A stretch of 64,000 nt of DNA from positions 1 to 64,000 of the IMG/VR virus record IMGVR_UViG_3300024509_000014. One strand, given 5' to 3'. Each line of letters opens with the position of its first letter. Positions within the stretch are counted from its first letter, which is position 1. The position numbers and the translations under genes were made by a program. This document shows, piece by piece, positions 38,521 through 47,187 of the stretch. The notes below the pieces were generated by a model. The model was not told the DNA's origin. It did not search any database and saw only the letters and a list, made by a program, of their open reading frames with translations. This stretch comes from a virus.

Positions 38521-39226
38521 AGATGATAATGACCCAGAACTGATTCCGTGGCAACAAGTTAGGGACGCCGATGTTGAAAAACGGTTTGATGCTAAGAAGC
38601 CTGTTAAGAAGATCAAGGCCAGGACGCCCAACCAACAGAACTACATCAACAATATTGAGGCCTGCACTCTGACTATCTGCACTGGCCCGGCTGGTTGCGG
38701 TAAAACCTACATCCCCTGCGGTCTCGCCGCCAACTGGCTCCACGAGAACAAGATCGAAAAGGTCATTCTGACCCGACCCATCGTTGAGTGCGGTCAAAGG
38801 CTGGGCGCCCTGCCTGGCACTTTGGGTGAAAAGACCGACCCTTTCATGGCCCCCATGTTTGATGCCTTCGGGGATTTTCTCGACCCGGGATTCCTCAAGC
38901 ACTGCCGGAACAAGGAGACCATTGAGGTGGTCCCCCTGGAAACGATGCGCGGTCGAACATTCCACAACTCGGTGATCATTCTGGACGAGGCCCAGAATGT
39001 GACCCGTCGCCAGATGAAAATGTTTCTCACCCGTTTTGGTGAGAATTCCAAGGTCATCGTTTGCGGAGACGTTACCCAGACAGACTTGCCCCACTCTGAA
39101 GGCAATCCGCTCATCTGGGTGTGGGAAAAGTTAGGTCATCCTGACATCGCCAAGGTCACTCTGGGGCCAGAAGATGTTCAGCGCCATGGCTTAATTCGCC
39201 ATATCCTTGAGCGTTTGGGAGACTGA
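38483..39226 (+). CDS. phoH: PhoH-family ATPase
   Basis: GPAGCGKT, LTRP, LPG, MRGRTF, IILDEAQN, GDVTQTD. Confidence 0.93.
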   Translation: MRRKNKLWTDFLEDDNDPELIPWQQVRDADVEKRFDAKKPVKKIKARTPNQQNYINNIEACTLTICTGPAGCGKTYIPCGLAANWLHENKIEKVILTRPIVECGQRLGALPGTLGEKTDPFMAPMFDAFGDFLDPGFLKHCRNKETIEVVPLETMRGRTFHNSVIILDEAQNVTRRQMKMFLTRFGENSKVIVCGDVTQTDLPHSEGNPLIWVWEKLGHPDIAKVTLGPEDVQRHGLIRHILERLGD

Positions 39227-39239
39227 CCCCTGTGCGGCA

Positions 39240-39255
39240 TGGGTAAGATCGTTAG
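39240..39255 (+). promoter_or_regulatory. conserved intergenic motif copy 3 (degenerate)
   Basis: TGGGTAAGATCGTTAG fits TGGKTANNATCGKTAG; 36 nt upstream of ATG 39292. Confidence 0.4.
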
Positions 39256-39291
39256 CGACGGCCATCCGGGCCGTTTCAACGGGTCTTATCC

Positions 39292-40314
39292 ATGCCAGAC
39301 ATTGCCAGCATCCTAAAATCTGCCGTCCGCAAGACTGACAGGATCAATGTCCTCACTTTTGTTACCCACGAGCGGTACCAAAGTGCTTGGGGCGGGGTGG
39401 ACGCCAATTTTTTCCTGTGGAATGATGAAAACGCCAAGCCGTGGATGCGCCAATATGCGCCCATGCCAGCCAACCACATCCTGCTGCCCTTCCATCCGTC
39501 GACGCCAAATGTTCCTGTCGGCATAGACATAGACCTCGTGATCACGCACCATCTCAGCCAGTACGACCGGGCTTTGCAGGCTGCGACGCATTTGGGTGTC
39601 CCGTTGCTGCGCCTGGAACATTGTCTGCCCGACGAGACTTGGTCTCCTGAGCAAGTTCGCTTCGCCAAGGCCAAATCGGGCGATGTGAATGTCTTCATCA
39701 CCCAACACCAGCTGAAAGCCTGGGGTGGGTGCGAGGACGATTTCGTGATCTACAACGCCATCGACACGGATTTGTTCCGGCCGCGGGATGGTGGCAGCCG
39801 AGATCCGGTTTGCCTGAGCGTGGTCAACGACTGGATCAAGCGTGATTATGTCTGCGGCTTCAGTTTCTGGAAACTGGCCACGAAAGACCTTCCCGTCCGT
39901 GTGCTGGGCGACACGCCAGGCCTGTCCAAAGCAGCCGCCAACGTCGAAGAGTTGGCTGATGCCTACCGCAGTTCGTTGTTGTTTCTCTGTACTGCCACCA
40001 ACAGTTCCCTGCCCACGACCGTCCTTGAGGCCATGGCCTCCGGTTGTTGTGTGGTGGCCTACCGTGCGACCGCTATCGAGGAAGCCATTGAGCATGGCGT
40101 GAATGGTTTTCTCGTCGACAGTCCAGAGGAGATGAACGCCACCGTCAAAAGACTGCTGGCGAATCCGTCCTATTGCGAGATGATCGGCGCAGCAGCCAGG
40201 GAAAGGGCTGTTGGCCGTCACAACCTGGATGTTTTTGTGGAGAAGTGGAGCCAGGCCCTGCGTCTGGCCGTAGACGCCCCGTGGTGGAGGAAACAATGGT
40301 CAAGTTGCGCTTGA
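39292..40314 (+). CDS. glycosyltransferase family 4
   Basis: NAIDTDLF, PTTVLEAMASG, HGVNGFL, GAAARE. Confidence 0.85.
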   Translation: MPDIASILKSAVRKTDRINVLTFVTHERYQSAWGGVDANFFLWNDENAKPWMRQYAPMPANHILLPFHPSTPNVPVGIDIDLVITHHLSQYDRALQAATHLGVPLLRLEHCLPDETWSPEQVRFAKAKSGDVNVFITQHQLKAWGGCEDDFVIYNAIDTDLFRPRDGGSRDPVCLSVVNDWIKRDYVCGFSFWKLATKDLPVRVLGDTPGLSKAAANVEELADAYRSSLLFLCTATNSSLPTTVLEAMASGCCVVAYRATAIEEAIEHGVNGFLVDSPEEMNATVKRLLANPSYCEMIGAAARERAVGRHNLDVFVEKWSQALRLAVDAPWWRKQWSSCA

Positions 40315-40745
40315 GTGTGGGCGACTCAAAGATGAGCCTGCCTGGATTTGTCCATATCGACCCGTTTAGCCAAGAGAATCCAGGCAATCCAGCCGATCTG
40401 TCCAGGCATGCCGAGGAAGGCGAGGCCCTTGAGATCGTCGCCGCTGATGTCTTGGATTTCTATCCCGGTGAATTCCGGCATCGCTTGCTGGGCCATTGGG
40501 TTTCCAGGCTCAGTCGTGGCGGCGTGATCCTTGTCGGCACCCGAGAAATCGTCGAGGTTTGTCGCCATGTCATGTTGGGCGAAACCGACAGCTTCAGCCA
40601 GCTGGTCTTTGGGAGCAGCGGTCAGCGTCGCCAGAGTGCTGGCACACTGCCCGAGTTGAAGTCGATGCTCTCGCTGATGGGCACGACCCTTGTGCGTTCG
40701 TATGTAAAAGACTTCATGAGCTATGTGGAGGCAGTCCGTGATTAG
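40296..40745 (+). CDS. class I SAM methyltransferase-like protein, degenerate
   Basis: KLRLSVG..PGFVHID...ADL...EIVAADVLDF..W..RL..GG layout; GxGxG loop not intact. Confidence 0.5.
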   Translation: MVKLRLSVGDSKMSLPGFVHIDPFSQENPGNPADLSRHAEEGEALEIVAADVLDFYPGEFRHRLLGHWVSRLSRGGVILVGTREIVEVCRHVMLGETDSFSQLVFGSSGQRRQSAGTLPELKSMLSLMGTTLVRSYVKDFMSYVEAVRD

Positions 40746-41535
40746 TACATCGTGCCATAATTGCCGGTTCGCCATCAAGGATGTGGGTGGCAATCAGACC
40801 GGATGTTGGACCAGCATGCTCAAGCGTTTCCAGGAGCAGGGCAGGGTCGAACTGGAGAATGTTGCTGGCGCCGACTCGTACAGGACGATCGATTGCTTCT
40901 GCCCGATGTTCCGTCCGGCAGACTGGATGAGCGAACTGAATCACGACCAGGCGATCGCCGAAGCCCGCAAGGAGCGAACGCTGGCTGTCGCCGCAATTGT
41001 CTCGTGCGAGAAGGGCGAACTGTCTGATGTCGCCCGAACCGCCGAGATGCTGGAACAGCAGACCCTCAAGCCCACCGAGGCCGTTTTCGTCATCACCCCG
41101 CGCTCCGTTGTCAAACCAAAGAATGTCTTGTCAACCCTGCGCGACCTTGACCTGTCCTACCAGTATTCGTTGCGTTTTGTCATGGACGCCTCGTACACCG
41201 AGACGGACGCCCTACAGGAAGGGGCCGGCAACAACCTGAAGTCCGTGTTCATCCTGTTCGCCGAAGCGGGACAACATCTGGAAAACTGCTACCTAGCCGA
41301 TCTGGATCATCTGATCAACGAACAGAACCAGCGGGTTGTGCTAGTCGATCCTGGCAAGATTCACGGCATGCTCGTCCAGACCATGGCCTTCAACATGGTC
41401 GGAGGCTTCCACGAGGTGGTCTGGGAAGGAACCGAGGAAAAGATCGCCAGCGTTGCCGAGAAGCTCAAGCGCATCGCCAAAAGCCAGAACTCGCAGTATC
41501 TGATCCTTGACGGGGAGGTTCCCCATGTCGCTTGA
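40738..41535 (+). CDS. hypothetical protein, N-terminal Cys motif and remote GT-A-like region
   Basis: TSCHNCRFA...GC...FC; LEQQTLKPTE resembles GT2 'QT..P.E'. Confidence 0.55.
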   Translation: MISTSCHNCRFAIKDVGGNQTGCWTSMLKRFQEQGRVELENVAGADSYRTIDCFCPMFRPADWMSELNHDQAIAEARKERTLAVAAIVSCEKGELSDVARTAEMLEQQTLKPTEAVFVITPRSVVKPKNVLSTLRDLDLSYQYSLRFVMDASYTETDALQEGAGNNLKSVFILFAEAGQHLENCYLADLDHLINEQNQRVVLVDPGKIHGMLVQTMAFNMVGGFHEVVWEGTEEKIASVAEKLKRIAKSQNSQYLILDGEVPHVA

Positions 41536-42274
41536 CCGGGTGTCGGTTGTCATCGCCAACCACAACTACGGTCATTTTTTGGCAGAAGCACTTGACTCTG
41601 CCGCTTCCGAGAAGCCTGGCCGCATCATCGTTGTCGACGACGGGTCAACCGATGACTCCGTGAGCGTTGTCTTTCGCAAATTGTCCGATGCGACCGAGCA
41701 GGATCATGCTGGGGTGCCATCTCTGGTCGGCCATATTGATGGCGTGCAGGTTCGTTTGTTCTCGGCCCACGAATCCCGCGGCCCTGCCGCAGCCCGCAAC
41801 TGGGCCATGCGCGTAGCCTGGGATCAGACGGACTACTTTGCCGTCCTAGACGCCGACGACAGATTCCTGAGCGGAAGACTCGGTGCCTGCGTGCAACTAC
41901 TGGAAAAATACGGAGAATCAGCCGGTGCGATTTATACGGACTATTACCATGTGCGCAATGGTGTTCATTTTCGTCACTGCAAAAAATCTTTCGTAAAACG
42001 CGAACTGGCTTTTGACAACATGGTGCATTCAGCCTGCGTGATAAGGAAGTCTGCTTTGAACGAAACCGGACTGTATGACGAATCGATGCCTCCAGCGGAA
42101 GATTATGAATTGTGGATGAGGATAGCAAGGAACCGAGTCATCCTTCATTTGCCGGAGGCGATGATGGATGTGAACGAGGGCGATTACCAGCTTTCGCGCC
42201 GAACCAAGCCTGACTTCTACGCCCAACAACTCCGAACCATCAGGGAGCGACATTGTCAGAGCTTGTTGTCGTAA
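41525..42274 (+). CDS. glycosyltransferase family 2
   Basis: VSVVIANHNYG, VVDDGSTD, GPAAARN, LDADD, EDYELW. Confidence 0.92.
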   Translation: MSLDRVSVVIANHNYGHFLAEALDSAASEKPGRIIVVDDGSTDDSVSVVFRKLSDATEQDHAGVPSLVGHIDGVQVRLFSAHESRGPAAARNWAMRVAWDQTDYFAVLDADDRFLSGRLGACVQLLEKYGESAGAIYTDYYHVRNGVHFRHCKKSFVKRELAFDNMVHSACVIRKSALNETGLYDESMPPAEDYELWMRIARNRVILHLPEAMMDVNEGDYQLSRRTKPDFYAQQLRTIRERHCQSLLS

Positions 42275-42957
42275 TATCGGCCGCTGGAGCCGGTCGTCGC
42301 ATGAAAGCCAGGGGGCCTAAGGCTCTCATCGATATTGGCGGTGGCGAGACCGTTCTCAGCAGACAGCTTGCGCTGGCGAGAAGAGCCATGCCGAATGCCG
42401 AATTGATCGTGGTGGTCGGCTACCAAAAGGAAAGGGTGATCAAGACCCTGCCCAAAGATGTTCGCTGGGTAGAAAATGCGGATCACGAGCAGACCAATGT
42501 AGCCCGCTCATTGTTGATGGGAATTGCTGAGTGTCCGACGCGCAGAGCCGTGCTCATGTGCGGCGACCTCGTTTTTGGCCCTGAGTTTTTATCCAGCGTA
42601 CCCAACGAGGGTTCTGTCGCCGTCATCGACGAAAACCACAATCACCGTTCCTCCGAAGTCGGCTGCAATATCGACCAGGGACGAATCTGTCATTTTAGTT
42701 ACGGCGTCTGGCCCAAGTGGGGCCAGGCTGTGGCGCTTGGGGACAAAGAACTTGATCTTTACCGCAGGATAGCGTCGAGGGATCAATGCGCACGATGGTT
42801 TGCTTACGAAGTGTTGAACGGCGTCATCGACGCTGGTGGCGTGATTTCGCCAGCCTATCCCAAAAAATCCTATCTCGTTGAGATCGACAGCACCCAGGAC
42901 ATCGACAGGGCCAAAAGTATGGTCAGCAAACTGCGTCGGAAAGGAGTGGTCGCATGA
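42253..42957 (+). CDS. nucleotidyltransferase (LicC/phosphocholine cytidylyltransferase-like)
   Basis: AAGAGRRM..GPKAL, VVGYQ, EN....TN..SL, GDLVF, EIDSTQD. Confidence 0.8.
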   Translation: MSELVVVISAAGAGRRMKARGPKALIDIGGGETVLSRQLALARRAMPNAELIVVVGYQKERVIKTLPKDVRWVENADHEQTNVARSLLMGIAECPTRRAVLMCGDLVFGPEFLSSVPNEGSVAVIDENHNHRSSEVGCNIDQGRICHFSYGVWPKWGQAVALGDKELDLYRRIASRDQCARWFAYEVLNGVIDAGGVISPAYPKKSYLVEIDSTQDIDRAKSMVSKLRRKGVVA

Positions 42958-43748
42958 ATGTCTTGATAGTCAACGACGACAACGGTGTTGGCAGCGGTGC
43001 TTTGGCCCACGGTTTTGCCATGCTGAAACATGATGTGGCGATGTGGTCTCCGGAAAAGATGCCAGCCTATCAGGCGTTCGGAAGACAAAAGCCAGACTTG
43101 TTCATCGGCCCGACATCCTCTTACACACCAGCTGTTCAGCGTTCAGCAGGCAATGCACAAATGGCCCTGTGGCAGGATGACACCACTTTTTTCGACAAGG
43201 TTCCGCCGAATGTCTTTCTGTTCGCCGCCGACGAGGGGAAGGGCGACCTGCCCCACATCCCCTGGCCGTATCTGCCACTCGCCGAAACTCCTTACCGGGA
43301 TGAGATGGCGACCGACATTCTGTTCCTGGACGAGTACAGGCCCGGGTTCGACGCTTTCTTCATGCCGCTTTTTGAAAAACAGGGTGTCGTTGCCAGAATC
43401 CACAGCGACAAACCCTGGCCGGTGCCCTATTACGCTGGCAGCCTCAACCAGCAGGAGAGGATTGCCGCCATCGCATCGACCGTGATTTGTCCGATGTATG
43501 CCGACGAGGCGGCCGACATCCGCAAGATGTACGAGATCGTGCGGGCCGGGGCGGTGCCGATGGTTGTCGGGGACGAGAAGCTATTGCCCTACGGCGGTAA
43601 GCCGGACGGCTACATCGAGCTAATGCTTGAGATCATCCACGAAAGTGGCTCCAAGGAGAGAATCAACGGCTATCTTGCCGATCTGTTCTCGGCCAACAAT
43701 CCAGTTGATGCAGCGCAAACCCTCCTGAGGACCATGATCACATGCTGA
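42954..43748 (+). CDS. CgeB/GT-B-like protein, degenerate
   Basis: KPDLFI, DILFL, RKMYEIVRAGA resemble CgeB-type GT layout. Confidence 0.45.
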   Translation: MNVLIVNDDNGVGSGALAHGFAMLKHDVAMWSPEKMPAYQAFGRQKPDLFIGPTSSYTPAVQRSAGNAQMALWQDDTTFFDKVPPNVFLFAADEGKGDLPHIPWPYLPLAETPYRDEMATDILFLDEYRPGFDAFFMPLFEKQGVVARIHSDKPWPVPYYAGSLNQQERIAAIASTVICPMYADEAADIRKMYEIVRAGAVPMVVGDEKLLPYGGKPDGYIELMLEIIHESGSKERINGYLADLFSANNPVDAAQTLLRTMITC

Positions 43749-44368
43749 GTCTCATCCTTGACAAGCCACACAATCTGGATGTGTTGTGCCGATGCCTGTC
43801 CATGGTTGCGGCCTATCGACCCTCGCCTGACACGGAAGTCATCGTGCCGTGGGACGGCAAACCCAGAGAGGTGCTGCCAATACTCAAGGCGTTCAGCTCG
43901 CGTTTCTTCTGGAAAATCGGATTGTGTCCGGAAGGGACAGCCGGCTATTTGGCCGTTGCCCACCTCGCCAAGTCCGAACATCCTGTCTTCATGAGTCATC
44001 GCCTGCTGATGACCGGCGAGGCTTTTTCAGCCCTTGAGTCGGCCACATCCGGCAGGGCGTGCGTCTACAAGACAGATGGCATGCTGCTGGAATATGACCC
44101 GTACAGCTACTGGTTCCCGGAAGGTTACCGCCAAAACTGCCTGAAGATGCCGCATCAGATCCAGGAGGTTCAGGTTGACCAGCTTCCTTACTGCGTGGTC
44201 GGTAAGGCAGAATCGCTGGGTGGCGTGGCTGACCTTCCTTTTGTCGACGCTCAGGTTTTTCTGATGGACGGACCACCTGTGTCGCTTGGCCAGGCTCTTC
44301 CTGAAGACATCCCCATCCTGTCCAGCACCGACACCCCTTGTTTTCCTCCCGATGAAGATCGAGTTTGA
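43742..44368 (+). CDS. hypothetical protein, remote GT-A-like N-terminus
   Basis: LCRCLSM...DTEVIVPWDG; operonic overlap. Confidence 0.5.
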   Translation: MLSLILDKPHNLDVLCRCLSMVAAYRPSPDTEVIVPWDGKPREVLPILKAFSSRFFWKIGLCPEGTAGYLAVAHLAKSEHPVFMSHRLLMTGEAFSALESATSGRACVYKTDGMLLEYDPYSYWFPEGYRQNCLKMPHQIQEVQVDQLPYCVVGKAESLGGVADLPFVDAQVFLMDGPPVSLGQALPEDIPILSSTDTPCFPPDEDRV

Positions 44369-45041
44369 CCATGTCGAGGGCTGGGGCAAGATCACCCAGC
44401 ACGATCTCATTCACGCCCCCTGCTGGGTTGTCCGGGAGTGGGAATCTCACGACCAGATGCTGGAGGCGGGATTCCTGCCGTGGGCTGGCAAGTGGTTCCC
44501 GGCCCGCTCCGTCCGTTACGATCTGGAGCGCATGACCTTCGGGCGCACGGTCGAGAAAAGCTTTCGCAAGGCCATCAAGACCGTCAGCTGGCACGAGGAA
44601 AAGCCCAACGAGGATGACTACGGGCGTATCGTGTCTGGCTATCTGGCCCACCACCAGTTTGACAGCGGGCATGTGTTCGCCGAATTGGCAGAAAACCGGG
44701 AGTTTTCCTGGCTGACTTACAAGGCAGACGGCAGGGCGGTCGCCTTCCTGGCCTATCTGAGTTATCCCCGCTCCTTTGTCGGTCTCCAGTTCGCCTGGGA
44801 CTACGCCGACCCCAAGCTCTCCCTTGGCTCGGTTAGTACATATGTCGAAGCCACGCTTGCCCGGTCAAACGGCTGCCGCTGGTATTACGTCATGGGAGGT
44901 TACGAGAATGCCAGTCTCTACAAGTCAAACCACGAAGGCTTTCAGTTTTGGACCGGCAAAGAATGGTCGGAAGACAAAGAACTCTATATCCAACTCTGTC
45001 AGCGAGACTCGAGGATCACATACGAAAATGTTTATTCTTGA
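44352..45041 (+). CDS. aminoacyl-tRNA-protein transferase (ATE1/Bpt-like, GNAT-fold)
   Basis: MLEAGF...RSVR (ATE_N-like); FAWDY..PKLSLG.....E...A...G..WYYVMGGY....YK (ATE_C-like). Confidence 0.65.
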   Translation: MKIEFDHVEGWGKITQHDLIHAPCWVVREWESHDQMLEAGFLPWAGKWFPARSVRYDLERMTFGRTVEKSFRKAIKTVSWHEEKPNEDDYGRIVSGYLAHHQFDSGHVFAELAENREFSWLTYKADGRAVAFLAYLSYPRSFVGLQFAWDYADPKLSLGSVSTYVEATLARSNGCRWYYVMGGYENASLYKSNHEGFQFWTGKEWSEDKELYIQLCQRDSRITYENVYS

Positions 45042-45234
45042 GCCAAAACAGTCTCTGGAAGTGGAAACCCCAAAGGGTAAAGGGCGCGTCTGGCTTGTCA
45101 CAGACTACGGGCCGGAGACAGAAAAGTTGTTTGCGGTCATCCTTTACGAGTCCGGAGAAATCTGGGAATTCACCAACAAGGATGTGAAGGCCACAAAAAA
45201 CCTAACCATGGGGCGCGGGAGCTGGTCAAAATGA
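45028..45234 (+). CDS. small hypothetical protein
   Basis: VETPKGKG..W...DYG.E pattern; overlaps neighbours. Confidence 0.7.
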   Translation: MFILEPKQSLEVETPKGKGRVWLVTDYGPETEKLFAVILYESGEIWEFTNKDVKATKNLTMGRGSWSK

Positions 45235-45965
45235 GAATCGCATTTTCGCCCTATGTGTTGACCTTGGTGGGCACCGATCAATGCGGTGTCGTCAACGGTG
45301 AGATTCACACCATCAAGGTGGCTCTCCGATCCGGCGTCTGGGCGGTTCGACACAAGGAACGGGTTCAATGTTTCCAGGACTTCCCGGACGCGCATCTCAG
45401 CCAGGATTTGTCCTGCAACCTCTCGACAAAAATCTTGCAGGATGACGGGTGGTATCCCGGCAAGGTGGACATATCCGAAAGCATCGATGAAATCTGTGCG
45501 CGGGCTGGCGGGTTGGTTTCTCTGGCCAAGGACAGCATCGGTGTGAACGGCCCGTTTGTCTTGCCCTTTGGCGAAGGGCTGGAGAAAAACGGCATTCTGC
45601 TGCGCGTGGACGGCAACGCAAACGAGTGGCAAAGACCATATGATCCCAGACACGCCACCAGCCTGACGATCATGGCAGGCATGCTGGTCAAGAACATGGC
45701 TGCGGGCGACTGGGAAAAGGCCGGGGATGTGCTGGAGCAATCCTGGAAACTCATCCGCGAGGAGGCTCCGGCAGAGATCATCCGCGCTTACGCCGACGCC
45801 AGAATGCATGGTGCCTGGGGTTGCGTCTGGTGTGGCGACAATACGCTGTTTTGTCTTGCCTCCCCAGAATGGCACGCGTCGATTTCAAGCATGGTCGGCG
45901 TGGAGAAGCTGCCTTTCCAGATCAGCTATCAAGGGGCAGGCCTGAGGGCTGCGCTGAAGCCATGA
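45231..45965 (+). CDS. GHMP sugar kinase-like (HddA-like) protein, degenerate
   Basis: N-terminal SPYVLTLVGTD and C-terminal GDVLEQSWKL..IIRAYADARMHGAWG echo HddA; Gly-rich ATP loops missing. Confidence 0.5.
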   Translation: MRIAFSPYVLTLVGTDQCGVVNGEIHTIKVALRSGVWAVRHKERVQCFQDFPDAHLSQDLSCNLSTKILQDDGWYPGKVDISESIDEICARAGGLVSLAKDSIGVNGPFVLPFGEGLEKNGILLRVDGNANEWQRPYDPRHATSLTIMAGMLVKNMAAGDWEKAGDVLEQSWKLIREEAPAEIIRAYADARMHGAWGCVWCGDNTLFCLASPEWHASISSMVGVEKLPFQISYQGAGLRAALKP

Positions 45966-46414
45966 AAGTCCAATTCCTTGTCCCGACATTGGCTTCGTCC
46001 CACCAAGCCCTGGCTCTCGTCCATTGTGGCAACGAACTCGTGCGCAAGGGCCATGAAGTCCATGTCTTTGTGGAAGACAAGGGGTCGCCGCCTTCCAGAC
46101 CCCATTTTCCAGTCTTTGACGCCGCCTACGCCTACACACAACCGGGACCACTCATTGTCACGACACTTTCAAGCTTGGCTTTGGCCGTGAGTTCGCCAAT
46201 CAAGCGGGAACTCTGGTTTTATGCCTGGGACATGGAATGGCTCAATGGCGAGTCGTTTGCCTGGCGAGACTTGCATCCCATGTACACAGCAACCCCCCTA
46301 GTCGCAAGATCAAGCCACCACAGGCGCATTCTTGAAAACACCTGGGGAAAAACCGTGAACCATATCGTCGAAGATTTCAGCGCAGATCAGATTGAGAGGC
46401 TGCTATGTCCATGA
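45962..46414 (+). CDS. hypothetical protein resembling a lone GT-B N-terminal domain
   Basis: MKVQFLV...NELVRKGHEVHVF. Confidence 0.55.
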   Translation: MKVQFLVPTLASSHQALALVHCGNELVRKGHEVHVFVEDKGSPPSRPHFPVFDAAYAYTQPGPLIVTTLSSLALAVSSPIKRELWFYAWDMEWLNGESFAWRDLHPMYTATPLVARSSHHRRILENTWGKTVNHIVEDFSADQIERLLCP

Positions 46415-47187
46415 CCTACGAGTATCTCGTGGAAGAATACGTCAACAAGCAACGGTCAACCCACGAGATTGCCGAGGAGCTTGGGACTTACCCCAACCGG
46501 GTTCGTCGGGCACTGAACAAGTTCGGCATCCCCGTCCGCAGCCGCTCGGAAGCCCAGTTGGTCGCCCTGGAGCAGGGTCGCCAGGAACACCCGACCAAGG
46601 GCAAGAAACTGTCTCCTGAGCGCAAGGCCCAGATTGGCGAGAGGATGGCCGAGCAGTGGGGGTCGATGTCGGAGGAGGAACGGAAGCGCCGCTCGGAAAT
46701 CTCCAAAAAGCAATGGGAGACCATGGACGAAGGGCGTCGGGAATCCTTGCAGAAAAAAGCCCTGGACGCTGTGCGTGTCGCCGCTGACACCGGTAGCCGT
46801 TTGGAAAAGTACCTGATCCGCGGTCTGACCCAGGCCAGGTATCCGGTGGATTTTCATGTCCAGCTGGATCGCCAGCATATCGACATGGTTGTTAGCCGTA
46901 AAGTGGGTTCCTTCAAGGGGATAGCGATCGAAGTCAACGGTCCTTCCCACTACAAACCGATCTGGGGGGATGATTATTATGAAAAAAGAGCAGCCTCTGA
47001 TGCGAAGAAGGTAGGGATGCTCGTCGGAAGTAATTTCCTAGTGATCATTATCAAAGACACTAAGGGAAGTCCTTCTGAAATTCGTATGAAGCACACTTTA
47101 CAAAAGTTGTTGAGCATCATAGAATTGGCGAAGACCGACCCCGGGGTGGGGTCATATCATGAGATTGAGGTGGCGGTCGATGGCTAA
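46405..47187 (+). CDS. putative free-standing homing endonuclease (HTH + NUMOD3-like + Vsr/DUF559-like nuclease)
   Basis: STHEIAEELGTYPNRVRRAL HTH; HPTKGKKLSPE; SRLE...IDM...IAIEVNGPSH. Confidence 0.6.
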   Translation: MSMTYEYLVEEYVNKQRSTHEIAEELGTYPNRVRRALNKFGIPVRSRSEAQLVALEQGRQEHPTKGKKLSPERKAQIGERMAEQWGSMSEEERKRRSEISKKQWETMDEGRRESLQKKALDAVRVAADTGSRLEKYLIRGLTQARYPVDFHVQLDRQHIDMVVSRKVGSFKGIAIEVNGPSHYKPIWGDDYYEKRAASDAKKVGMLVGSNFLVIIIKDTKGSPSEIRMKHTLQKLLSIIELAKTDPGVGSYHEIEVAVDG

